This document shows positions 12,053 to 23,808 of a stretch of 47,137 bases of DNA, piece by piece. The stretch covers positions 34,693,692-34,740,828 of the forward strand of contig NC_057719.1 of NCBI RefSeq assembly GCF_004010195.1, read 5' to 3'. The notes under the pieces are model-generated. The model saw nothing but the letters and a program-made list of their open reading frames with translations. It was not told the DNA's origin and searched no databases. Both the position numbers and the translations under genes were made by a program. Every line of letters begins with the position of its first letter. Position 1 is the first letter of the stretch. This DNA comes from Chiloscyllium plagiosum. Lineage: Eukaryota.

Positions 12053-13231
12053 AGAATAGGAGCAGGAATAGGCCATTCTGCCCTTTGAGCCTGCTCTGCC
12101 ATTTAAAATGATCATAGCTGATCACCCAACTCAGTACCCTGTTCCCACTTTCTCCCTTTATCTTTTGATCCCTTTAGCCCTAAAATATATCTAATTCCTT
12201 CTTGAAAACATTCAACATTTTGGCCTCAACTGCTTTCTATGGCAGAGAATTCCACAGGCTCACCACAAATCCCATCTCAGTCCTAAATAGCCTAGTCTGT
12301 ATCCTTAAACTGAACCCTGGTTCTGGACTGAAAATGTGTTGCTGGAAAAGCGCAGCAGGTCAGGCAGCATCCAGGGAACAGGAGAATCGACATTTCGGGC
12401 ATAAGCCCTTCTTCAGGAATCCCTGAAACGTCGATTCTCCTGTTCCCTGGATGCTGCCTGACCTGCTGCGCTTTTCCAGCAACACATTTTCAGCTCTGAT
12501 CTCCAGCATCTGCAGACCTCACTTTCTCCCCTGGTTCTGGACTCCCTGGTCATCCTTCCTGCATTTAGCTTGTTAGAATTCTATAGGTTTTCCATGAGAT
12601 CTCCCATCATTCTTCTAAATTCCAGTAAATACAATGCATCCAGCCCCTCTTCATGTGTCAATCCTACCATCCCAGGAATGCATGCTTATTGTCAGCAATT
12701 GGCATATAAAAATAGTCAGGTCTTGTTGCATCTCCCCCTTTCCCAATCCAACAGCATTCAGATAATATTCTGCCTTCCTGTTTTTGTCAAGGTAGATAAC
12801 CATATATTTATCCACATTATACTTCATTGGCCATGTATTTTCCCATTCACTCAACCTGTCTAAGTCACACTGAAGCACCTCTGCATCCTCCTCACAGCTC
12901 ACCACCAACCACCAACCACACAACCCCACCACCCACCTACCCAACCCATCCAGCTTTATATCATCAGCAAACTTGGAGATATTACATTTAATTCCCTCAT
13001 CTAAATCAATAATATGTATTGTGAATAGCATCCCTGCAATATCCCACTAGTTACGGACCATCACTCAGGAAAAGACCTCTTTATTCTTAATCTTTGTTTC
13101 CTGTCTTCCAACCAGCTTTCTATCATTGTCAGTACACCACCCCAATCCCATGAACTGTCATGTGACATGCTAATCTCTTTTATGGGACCTTATCAAAAGC
13201 CTTCTGAAAGTCCAAGTAAACCACATCCATA
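12053..13231 (-). mobile_element. CR1 fragments (3' end and RT), interrupted by the Penelope insertion at 12330
   Basis: Tail ataggagcaggaataggccatt; minus strand IIDLDEGIKCNISKFADDIKL and DFQKAFDKVP. Confidence 0.85.
12330..12528. mobile_element. Penelope-like inverted pLTR insertion (family A)
   Basis: Palindromic arms, 37-nt tail on the right arm, 15-bp TSD ccctggttctggact (12315-12329 / 12529-12543); minus-strand CUGAAGA AGGGC uuau GCCC GAAA UGUC. Confidence 0.88.
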
Positions 13232-13325
13232 TTTATTTAATTGTTCTACCATCTCTTTATTTCCTATCATAATTTTGCCTGTTTCTGACTGTAAGGGACC
13301 TACAATTGTCTGCTGTAATCTTTTA

Positions 13326-13956
13326 CATAAGAACATAAAAACATAACAAATAGGAGCAGGAGTAGGCCATCTGGCCCTTCAAACCTACTCTACCATTCAA
13401 TATGATCATGGCTGATCTTTTTGTGGCCTCAGCTCCATTTACCCTCCCTCTCAACATAACCCTTAATTCCTTCACGGTTCAAAACAAAATCTTAGCTTTA
13501 AAAACATTTACTGAAGTAGCACCAGCCACTTCACTGGGCAGGGAATTCCATAGATTCACAACCCCTTGGGTGAAGAAGTTCCTTCTCAATTCAGTCCTAA
13601 ATCTGCTCCCCCAAATTCTGAGGCTATGTCCTCTTATCCTAATTTCACCTGCCAGTGGAAACAACCTCTCTACTTCTAGCTTATCTATTCCCTTCATAAT
13701 TTTGTATCTTTCTATAAGATGCTCCATTATTCTTCTAAATTCCATTGAATATAATCCCAGTCTACTCAGTCTCTCCTTATAAACCAATCCCCCCATCTCC
13801 AGAATCAACCTGCTGAACCTCCTCTACATCCCCTCCGGTGCCAGGACATCCTTTCTCAGATAAAGAGACCAAAACTGCAGGGATACTCCAGGTGTGGCCT
13901 CACCAGCACCCTTTACAGCTGCAACATAACCTCGCTGCTTTTAAACTCAATCCCTT
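13326..13956 (-). mobile_element. CR1 3' fragment
   Basis: YKERLSRLGLYSMEFRR...RRNFFTQGVVNLWNSLP; tail acataagaacataa. Confidence 0.9.
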
Positions 13957-14619
13957 CTTCTTCAGTCCTTAGCATTTCAAACAAACAAACAAACATTATA
14001 TCAAAATAACAGAAAGTGTTGACTTTAATATAAGAATTACATCATGTCCGCACATTCTGGTCATATTAACCCCTCACCCTTTAACTCTGCTCCATCCAAT
14101 AACTGTCTGCAAATTCTGCAGAAAATTGGCTTGTGTGCATATATAACCTGACAGCTATTCTCTTTTGGTTGCTTGCCAATCTAAGAATTTATTATTAGTC
14201 TAAATTCCTACTTCCAAACCAATTTTCTATCATCACCACTTAATTACATGGACTACAACTTAGGTTTGCAACCTCCTGCGCAGAATTATTTTTTTAAAAT
14301 CATTTGATCCATGAATAAAGTATACATTTCTATACACCACTACTGTCAAGGAATTCATATTAGGTCAGTAAGTCATGATCTACATTTTATTAAATTATGG
14401 TGATTCTTCCTTAGCAGCAATATATACATTTTCAAGTACTCATTTATTCTGTAACGAAATCTAGCAATTTCCCACAATTGACATCAAACTCACTAGCCCG
14501 AAGCATCTTGTTCTTTTGTTGTTTTAAACATTTCCAGTATTGTACCTGAGTTGAATATGCTTTCAGAGATTGCAGATACAGTCACACTTTAATACTCTAA
14601 GAGTGGGAATCAGGTACAT

Positions 14620-14890
14620 TTTTTTTTACGTCTTGGGATGTGAATTTGTTTAACAGTTATTACAGTTTGCTGAGGTGGGGATGAGTCCACTCTTCAACAC
14701 TTGCTGTGAAAAACAGTTGCTTTTGCATTGTTTTTAGGCACGAAATTCCAGGATTTTGACCAAGTGACAATGAAGGAGCAATGATGTGTTTCCAAAGTGT
14801 GCATGTGGCTTGGAGAGAAACTGGTCCCATGCAGCCACATTCTTGGTTGTACATGGAGGCTGATGGTCGCAGGTATGGATAATCACCTGC
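14620..14890 (-). mobile_element. 3' end of a CR1/L2-group LINE (same family as 17375-17660)
   Basis: Reverse complement shares gtcact.ggtcaaaatcctgga with about 17480-17502. Confidence 0.6.
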
Positions 14891-15217
14891 ATTTAATGTG
14901 GCTACATTACAATTTTGAATTACATCAATCCCCAATAATACTTGCCCCTTCTTGAGTCACTTCTCTTTAACTTTCTTTTTTTAATGTGAAATTTAAAACA
15001 AAATTACAATGTATCAATTTTTCTTTATTGTCATGTTTAGATTTGTTGGTTTAAGCACTTGTTGCTTCCTTTACCACCTTATCTTCCTAATATACTTATT
15101 AAAATATGTGCTCTGAGCCATTGTGCTATTCAAAAGTGTTTTTCATGCACCCGATGTGACCTTATATTTCATTCTTGAGTTGTCTTCTACAATTCTTTTT
15201 CTTAATCTTGCATGGAG

Positions 15218-17208
15218 CAGTGGTTTACTAAGGAAGTTGAATCTCTTGTCAAGAGGAAGAAGGCGGCTTATATTAGGATGAACTGTGATGGCTTAGTTAG
15301 GGTGCTTGAGAGTTACAAGTCAGCCAGGAAAGACCTAAAGAGAGAACTAAGAAGAGTGAGGAGAGGATATGAGAAGCCGTTGGCAGATAGGATCAAGGAA
15401 AACCCTAAAGCTTTCTATAGGTATGTCAGGAATAAAAGAATGACTAGAGTAAGATTAGGGCCAATCAAGCATAGTAGTGGAATGTTGTGTGTGGAGTCAA
15501 AGGAGATAGGGGAAGTACTAAATGAATACTTTTCATCAATATTCACGCTAGAAAAAAACAATGTGGTCAAGGAGAATACTGAGATACAGGCTAGATGGGA
15601 TTGAGGTGCATAAGAAGGAGGTGTTAGCAATTCTGGAAAGTGTAAAAATAGATAAGTTCCCTGGGCCGGATGGGATTAATCCTAGGATTCTCTGAGAAGT
15701 CAGGGAGGAGATTACTGAGCCTTTGGCTTTGATTTTTATGTTGTCATTGTCGACAGGAATAGTGCCAGAAGCCTGGAGGATAGAAATATTATTCTCTTGT
15801 CCAAGAAGGGGAGTAGAGACAACCCTGGAAATTATAAACCTGAGATCCTTAATTCAGTTGTGGGTAAAGTGTCGGAAAGGGTTATAAGAGATAGGATTTA
15901 TGATCATCTAGAAAGGAAGAAGTTGATTAGGTCATACCTCACAAACCTTATTGAGTTCTTGGAGATGGTGACCAAACAGATGGATGAGAATAAAGCAGTT
16001 GATGTAGTGTGTATATGGATTTCAGTAAGACATTTGGTAAGGTTCCCCATGGTAGGCTATTGCACAAAATAGGAAGGCATGGGATTCAGGGTAATTTAGC
16101 GGTTTGTATCAGAAATTGACTAGCAGAAAGAAGACAGAGGGTGGCAGTTGATGGAAAATATTCATCCTGGAATTCAGTTACTAGTGGGGTATTGCAAGGA
16201 TCTGTTTTAGGTCCACTGTTGTTTGTAATTTTATAAATGAGCTGGATGATGACTAAGAAGGATGGGTTAGTAAATTGACACTAAGATCAGTAGAGTTGTT
16301 GATAGTGATGAAGGATGTTGTGGGTTACAGAGAGACATAGATAAGCTGCAGAGCTGAGCTGAGAGGTGGCAAATGGAGTTTAATCCGGAAAAGTGAGAGA
16401 CGATTCACTTCGGAAGGAGTAACAGGAATGCAGAGTATTGGGATAATGGTAAGATTCTTGGTAGTGTAGATGAGCAGAGAGATCTCGGTGTCCAGGTACA
16501 TAGATCCTTGAAAGTTGCCACCCAGGCTGATAGGGTTGTTAAGAAGACATACAGTGTGTTAGCTTTTATTGGTAGAGGGATTGAGTTTCAGAGCGACGAG
16601 GTCATGCTGCAGCTGCACAAAATTCTGATGTGGCACACTTGTGGTATTGTGTTCAGTTCTGGTTTACCGCATTATAGGAAGGATGTGGAAGCTTTGGAAA
16701 GGGAGCAGAGGAGAGTTACGAGGATGTTGCCTGGTGTGGAGGGAAGATTTTACGAGGAAAGTCTGAGGGACTTAAGGCTGTTTGCGTTAGAGAGAAGAGG
16801 TTGACAGGTGACTTAATTAAGACAAATAAGATAATCAGAGGGTTAGATAGGTTGGACAGTGAGACCTTTTTCTTTTGATGGTGATGGCTAGCACAAGGGG
16901 ACATATCTTTAAATTGAGGGGTAATAGATATAGGACAGATATCAGAGGCAGTTTCTTTACTCAGAGAGTAGTAGGGGCGTGGAATGCACTGCCTGCAATT
17001 GTAGTAGACTCGCCAACTTTAAGGGCATTTAATTGGTCATTGGATAGGCATATGGTTGAGAATGGAATAATGTAGGTTCGATGGACTTCAGATTGGTTCC
17101 ATAGGTCGGCACAACTTTGAAGGATCTACGTACCTGGACATCAAGATCACTCTGCTCATCTACACTACCAAGAGTCTTACAATCTGGACTGTAATATTCT
17201 ATGTTCTA
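15218..17208 (+). mobile_element. 5'-truncated CR1 (ORF2 RT region to 3' tail)
   Basis: IKENPKAFYRYVRNKR, KGSRDNPGNYKP, LTNLIEFLE, FFTQRVVGAWNALP; tail ttctatgttctat. Confidence 0.92.
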
Positions 17209-17374
17209 TTAAACATTCTCATCCATATAAATATTTTCAGCTTTATTTAATATTGGTGCTCTCATAGATCTTAAATGCAATTTCAGAATGATATTTTTTG
17301 TTATTGAACAGTGAGCAAACACTTCAGAGATTTGCCAAAGATCCTGAGACAGCACTGTCTATTGACGATTTCCA

Positions 17375-17660
17375 TCAAGAAGGACAAGGGCAGCAGATAC
17401 ATGGAACATCACCACCTGCAATAGTTCCCCTCCAAGCCATTCACCATCCTGGCTTGGAATTATATCGCTGTTCTTTCAGTGTCACTGGGTCAAAATCCTG
17501 GAGTTCCCTCACTAACAACATTGTGGGTCAACCTATAGCACATGAACTTCAGAAGTACAAGAGGCAGCTGACAATTACCTTCTCAAAGGGAAATTGGCAG
17601 TAGGCAATAAATGCTAACCCAGCCAATGATGCCCAGATCCTATGAATGAATTAATAAAGA
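17375..17660 (+). mobile_element. 3' end of a CR1/L2-group LINE; likely partner of the SINE at 25698
   Basis: SFSVTGSKSWSSL (non-LTR C-terminal WNSLP-type motif); tail ggcaataaatgct...atgaatgaat resembles the SINE tail. Confidence 0.65.
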
Positions 17661-17759
17661 AATCTATGCTACTAGTTAGAACAATCTTACTGTTTTGCAC
17701 CAGTAAGGGAGAGTAAATTTAGTTGAGGTAGAAATTAAGACTGACCAATACTCTGGCCT

Positions 17760-18356
17760 ACATTAGAGTGGTGCTGGAAAAGCACAGCAGGTCAGGCAGC
17801 AGCATCTGAGGAGCAGGAAAATCAACATTTTGGGCAAAAGCCCTTCATCAGGACTGAAGCTTTTTTTTTACAATAGGTGGATGGGGATGGTGATGAAGGT
17901 GATATGTCAGAGAGGAGTGTGGGGGAAGGTTCCCAAGAGTACAATGGGTGGATGGGGGTGGGGATGAAGGTGATAGGTCAGAGAGGAGGGTGGAGCGGAT
18001 CGGTGGGTATTAAGATTGGCAAGTAGGACAGGTCATGAGGATGGTGCTGAGCTGGAAGGTTGGAACTGGGGTAAGGTAGGGGAGGGGAAATGAGGAAACT
18101 GGTGAAGTCACTTGATGCCCTGGGGTTAAAGTGTTCCTAGGTGGAAGATGAGGCGTTCATCTTCCAGGTGTCAGGTGGTGAGGGAGTGGCAGTGGAGGAG
18201 GCCCAGGACCTCATGTCTTTGGCAGAGTGGGAGGAGGGCTTTTGCCCGAAACATCGATTTTCCTACTCCTCGGATGCTGCCTGACCTGCTGTGCTTTTCC
18301 AGCACCACTCTAATGTAGACTCTGATTTCCAGCATCTGCAGTCCTCACTTTTGCCG
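17760..18356 (-). mobile_element. 5'-truncated Penelope-like element (family A) with inverted pLTR and GIY-YIG C-terminus
   Basis: 13-bp TSD aatactctggcct (17747-17759 / 18357-18369); minus strand VLGLLHCHSLTT*HLEDERLIFHLGTL*PQGI resembles the PLE GIY-YIG C-terminus; inverted arms carry hammerhead remnants. Confidence 0.88.
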
Positions 18357-19248
18357 AATACTCTGGCCTGGCTATGAAGTCCTTTGGGAGATCTTACTAA
18401 ACAGCACGGTTGCTTTGTTGGAGGGAGATGGTTGCTTGCAGCTGATTGAAAACAAATCAGTTATTTCATTGCTTTGACTCTTGACAGATGGGTTTATGAC
18501 CTCCTTGTTTAATAATGTGCTACCCAACTGAATGAACAACTAACAAAGTGAATCTTAATCTTCCTAAAACAAAGCTGAAATTTTCTCTCTTTGGCAATGG
18601 TCAAACATCTATGTCATTAATAGGTCATTAATTGCTTCCATTAAGTAGGGGATAATTTCATAAGGTTGCATTACTGGGTAGAAAGTCTTTCTCTCAGGGC
18701 ACTCTTGTTCTCTTTAGATGCTGATTCACACTTCTTCAGAAGTAATCCCCACCTATTCATTCACAAAATAGGGTTCTGAAGAAAATCAAACAAACTGGAT
18801 ATTCTTAAATGAATAGGTATGGAAATAGCATTGGTACAATAGCATAAAGCAAGCAGTAATTAATTGAAATTGATGGAAAATAAATCTGGGTGTAATATAA
18901 AATGTGCTGCGTTAACATTGGGGTTAGAATTTGCTTTTGGTCATTCTGCACTTTTAGAAGAAGCTAATTTCCTACTTTGAAAGTTTCAAGAGCATAGTTT
19001 AATAAATCCAAAAATACAGATTGATGTTGGATGTTAGGTCAAGTTTGCCAAGTTTAGAGTGCAAGTGACCACCTTAAATTACACACAATATCTAACTGGA
19101 ACCCAAGCTTGTCAATCAGATTGGTATTGATTTGCTGGTGATTCCTGCAGGGAAATTCTGAGGCCATGCTTTACTAACCAATCTATTCCCAGCAGGTCAG
19201 GCATATTAAAATACAACTCATTATACTGTTACATGCTTTATTTTACAT

Positions 19249-20090
19249 GCCATTTACAAGTTCGTTGATGACACCACCATAGTTGGTCAAATCTCAGATG
19301 GTAACGAAACAGACTACAGACGGGAGGTGGAAGACCTGGAAAAATGGTGCACTGAGAACAACCTAGCTCTCAATGCCGGCAAAACCAAGGAACTCATTAT
19401 TGACTTTTGGCCGGATGTTATTCATGCCCCCCCTACACATTAACAAGACAGAGGTGGAACGAGTGGAAAGTGGTCACGCTCCTGGGAGTGGTCATCCACA
19501 ACAAGCTTTCTTGGACTCTTCATGTGGACGCACTGGTTACAAAGGCCCAACAACATCTCTTCATCCTCAAGCAGCTGAGGAAATTTGGCATGACGGCGAA
19601 TACCCTTGCCAACCTTTATAGGTGTGCCATCGAGAGCTTTCTATCTGGATGTATCACTACCTGGAATGGCAACTGTACCATTCAAGATCGGAGACGGTTA
19701 CAGAGAGTGGTGACCTTGGCCTGGACAATCACAAAGGCCAACTTCCCATCTGTAGAATCCATCTACCAGGCCCGCTGTCAAGGAAAGGCCGTCAGCATTC
19801 TCAAAGATCCATCCCACCCTGGAAATGTTTTTCTACAACCTCTACCATCGGGGAGAAGGTACAGAAGCCTGAACAAATGCACCAACTGGTTTCAAAACAG
19901 TTTCTACTCTACTGTTGTTAGAATACTGAATGGACTCACAAACTCTAACATTCATCTGTACCTGTGTTTTTGTTTACCTATCATTTACTTATCTATGCTA
20001 CTTAACTCTGTGATCTGCCTGTATTGCTCACAAAACAAAGATTTTCACTGTGCCTTGGTACACATGACAATAAATTCAATTCAATTCAAT
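19249..20090 (+). mobile_element. Rex1/Babar-clade LINE, 5'-truncated
   Basis: IYKFVDDTTIVGQIS..ETDYRREVEDLEKWCTENNLALNAGKTKELIIDF; ILKDPSHPG..LPSGRRYRS; (ttcaa)n tail. Confidence 0.88.
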
Positions 20091-20403
20091 ACTTTTTTTA
20101 ATATTGTTGAACATTTGTAATCTACACTTTCATTCTCAATTTTGGCTACATGTTTTCAACAATATGAGCCAAGCCATCAACACACAGCACTCCTGTCACT
20201 TGAAATATGGTCTCTATATATGTGCTGCCAACAAAAACAATAGGAAGCATGCTGAAAAGGTCAAGTGGCTCATGAAATAACTCCATGAAGGATGGTATCC
20301 CGTCACCTGTCACCCTTTATTTACACATACGTAGTACATGGCACTGATTCAGCTAGCTCAGATCTGGTTCCTAGAGTGAACCAAACCCCTGACATTCCTG
20401 TTT

Positions 20404-20537
20404 TTTTGTTTTTTTTTATTTTATTAAACAAATTACAAAACAGTTTACCAAAAACAGTTAACATTTACTGCTGTATACAACAGCAATTTTACAAGGGAGA
20501 GGAGCAGCAAAGCAAGGCCCCAAACCCTACCATTCAA
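20404..20537 (-). mobile_element. Short polyadenylated retroposed insert
   Basis: T-rich left end with tttatt (AATAAA on minus); 12-bp near-TSD acattcctgttt (20392-20403) / acactcctgttt (20538-20549). Confidence 0.6.
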
Positions 20538-22259
20538 ACACTCCTGTTTATATCTGTCAGCCAGGGCTCCCTGATTGGACCAGATTAACAGCTTCAATCA
20601 GGGAACTCATATTCTATAATGGCCACATGGCTGTTCTCATTCCAATTACGAAAGTTTATTAAAATGTAGTTCTTGGTTGTGTTCCATTGGGCAGCTGAAC
20701 AGCATAATTGGCATTCCCAGAACACCAATTATGCACTTGTCTTAAATCAATATTGGTAGCTAGCTTCCCATCAAATTAACTAATATCTACCTATGATATA
20801 ATGTAGCTTATTATATTATAAAATTCTAATCTCCTAATGGTAATTTAAGCAAAGGGGCATCCAGTAATATTACCTGATCACTCAGTGTTGGGTTGGCTGA
20901 CTTAAAAATCATCAATCTTACCTACAGGTCAGGGCATATAAAGTCTGTTATGGCATTTCAGTTACTTAAATGAGCCTCCTTTTGTACGTTATTTTTGTCA
21001 TATCACAATCCTGTTTGCGATTCCCACAAGGCAGCAGCAACAAAGCAGGCAAATCAGGAACTCTTGCCTCATCAAGACTGAAAGTTCCCTCAAATCAGTG
21101 TTTGTCTCTCTGAACTTTCCTATAGCTCAATGCAGAATGATATCATCCATTCATCCTCAACAGTATTAGTCACAGGTGATAGTTGACTCAGACTTCAGGG
21201 TTTTAATGTGGTATCATTGAAGTAAAATACCAGACATAGGTGAGGAAAACAGGCAGCTCAAACAGCTCAATGTGTTATGGAAGCAGCATTAACCTCCATT
21301 TCCATGTTGATCACTGATCACCGCGGAGAAGTGCTGAGTGTCTGCTTGGTGCTTATCATATAAATAGCTGAGTCTCAGAATCATGCAGCATTCTGTGCAC
21401 AGGAAGGGGGATAAAGGGCAAATTGAGAATGAATACTTCCTCAAAAAAAAGGAGAAATTGTCAACAAGATCTGAGATGATAGACAAAATATACAATGTTG
21501 TTGTAAATAAATACAGTACATTGCACACTAGTGTCAACAGAGTGGTTGGAAGGACTGAGGACTACAACTTCAACTTCACTTTGGGAATCAAACTTCCCGA
21601 AATCATAATGCCACCTGCTGCCCACCCAGTGCTAGAACCAGCTGGCAGTCAGCACTGCAACTTCCAGACATAGGCCCAAGGTACAGCTCAGTTCACATGA
21701 CCCTCATTTTCCTGCACCCACATTCCCTCTCACACTCACAGGCCTCGCATGTACATCCTCCATGGTCACACAACCAGTACCAACAACATATAGAACTCTC
21801 GTGCTGTATAGTACCATAGGAAACTCTTTCAGGTATTGATAACTGTCCAGATAAACAATCATTCAAAATCACTTCAAATGACAAAAATATCCACAACACA
21901 ATTAAGTGGTCATAAAACTAGCCAGAAAGTCAAAGGGAGAAATTTCACCAGTGACCTGTCATTCCCAAGGACAGAACTAGAAGCAGCACCACTGCCCCCT
22001 CCACCTCATCCAAGGCAATTCTTCACACCTGAGCAAAGTCTTAGACCAGCCTTGTAGACTGTCCTCCCAGGCATTAGGAATCAAGAAGGCATGCTCTCAA
22101 CAAGCGATGATTGAGGCTGCCAGGGAATGGTGACTGGAATAGAGAGTCATTTCCAGCAAAAACTGAAAGTTACACTCCATCACATTTAGAGCCATAGACT
22201 CTACACAGCAGTGACAAGGGAAAAATGGAGCTGTAATATCTCCACTGCTTTCCACATAC

Positions 22260-22945
22260 CCATAAAAACATAGAAAACTGGAGCAGGCCATTTGGCCCTT
22301 TGAGTCTGTTCTTAGCACCCTGCTCCCACTTTCTTCCCAAACCCTTTGATCCCTTTAGATCAAAGAACTATTTCTAACTCTTTCTTGAAAACAATGTTTT
22401 GGCCTCAGCTGCTTTCTGTGGTAGAGAATTTCACAGGCTCACCACACTTTTCTCATCTCAGTCCTCAATGACCTACACCATATCCTTCGGCTGTGACCCC
22501 TGGTCTTGGTCTGCCTGGTCATCAGGAACATCCTTCCTGCATTTACCCAGGATAACCCTGTTAGAATCTTTTAGGTTTCAACAAGATCCCCACTCATGCT
22601 TCTAAATTCCAGTGAAGATAGTCCAAACCTGATCCATTCTTTCTTCATAAGTCAGTCCTGCCATGCCAGAAATCAGTCTGGGAAACCTTTGTTGCTCTCC
22701 TTCCATAGCCAGAACATCCTTCCTTAGATAAGGAGACTAAAATTTCACACAATACTCCAGGTGTTGTCTCACCAAGACCCTGTACAATTACAGCAAGGCA
22801 TCCTGTCCTCAAGTCCTCTTATTATGCAGACCAATATACAATATGTCTTCTTCACTGCCTGCTGCACCTACATGTTTACTTTCAGCAACTGGTGTACAGG
22901 AGTATCCTGCTCTGCTTCCACCTCCCATTTCCCAATTGATTACCA
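22260..22945 (-). mobile_element. CR1 3' fragment
   Basis: Tail cataaaaacatagaaaactggagcaggccatt; similar to the 12053 fragment. Confidence 0.8.
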
Positions 22946-23479
22946 TCATCCTTGGAGCGAAAACAAAGTTAGCATTTGAAGTGAGTGACCCTTCTTGAGA
23001 ATTGTTTGTTTCAGATCTCTGCAGCCACAGTTCTTTGCTTTATTATGTTAGAGGCAGCCATTTTTTTCACAGCACCAGCCACCTCTATTACTGGTCTTGA
23101 TGAAACCAATAGGTATCCAGCAACACATTTCCATCCCTGTACAATTACAGCAAGGCATCCTGTCCTCAAGTCCTCTTATTATGCAGACCAATATACAATA
23201 TGTCTTCTTCACTGCCTGCTGCACCTACATGTTTACTTTCAGCAACCGGTGTACAGGAGCACCCTGCTCTGCTTCCAACTCCCATTTCCCAATTGATTAC
23301 CATCATCCTTGGAGCGAAAACAAAGTTAGCATTTGGAGTGAGTGACTCATCTTGAGAACTGTTTGTTTCAGATCTCTGCAGCCACAGTTCTTTGCTTTAT
23401 TATGTTAGAGGCAGCCATTTTTTTTCACAGCACCAGCCACCTCTATTACTGGTCTTGATGAAACCAATAGGTTTCCAGC
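22778..23479. repeat. Tandem duplication of about 344 bp (22778-23121; 23135-23479) with a 13-nt spacer
   Basis: Near-identical direct copies; duplicated peptides in the ORF track (QLQQGILSSSPLIMQTNIQ). Confidence 0.95.
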
Positions 23480-23680
23480 TAGTGTCCCATTGGCTACTGT
23501 GGGAGAAAAACAAACCACTCTGCCTGTCCACCACTTGCTCACAGAAACCATGTCTGTTCTTAGCCAAACAGAGCCTACCCATAATGCCACCGGCACCTCA
23601 ATTAGACCACACTCATCTTAGGAAGTAAGAGTGAAACGAGACATTACCTAAGCAGTTTCCCCTGACTGATGGATTACACT

Positions 23681-23808
23681 GTTCCTGATCAAGGGCTTTT
23701 GCCTGAAACATCGATTTTCCTGCTCCTTGAATGCTGCCTGACCTGCTGTGTTTTTCCAACACCACACTCTTGACTCTGATCTCCAGCATCTGCAGTTCTC
23801 ATTTTCGC
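23681..23808 (+). mobile_element. Solo Penelope pLTR (family A) with decayed hammerhead
   Basis: cctgatcaagggcttttgcctgaaacatcg...ctccagcatctgcag; 15-bp TSD with 2 mismatches (23666-23680 / 23809-23823). Confidence 0.82.

Noticed and set aside
20309..20650. Possible solo LTR
   Set aside because: Looks repeat-like, but termini and TSD could not be established from this window.
21000..22100. Short ORFs or possible DNA-transposon remnant
   Set aside because: No convincing domain motif or terminal repeats.
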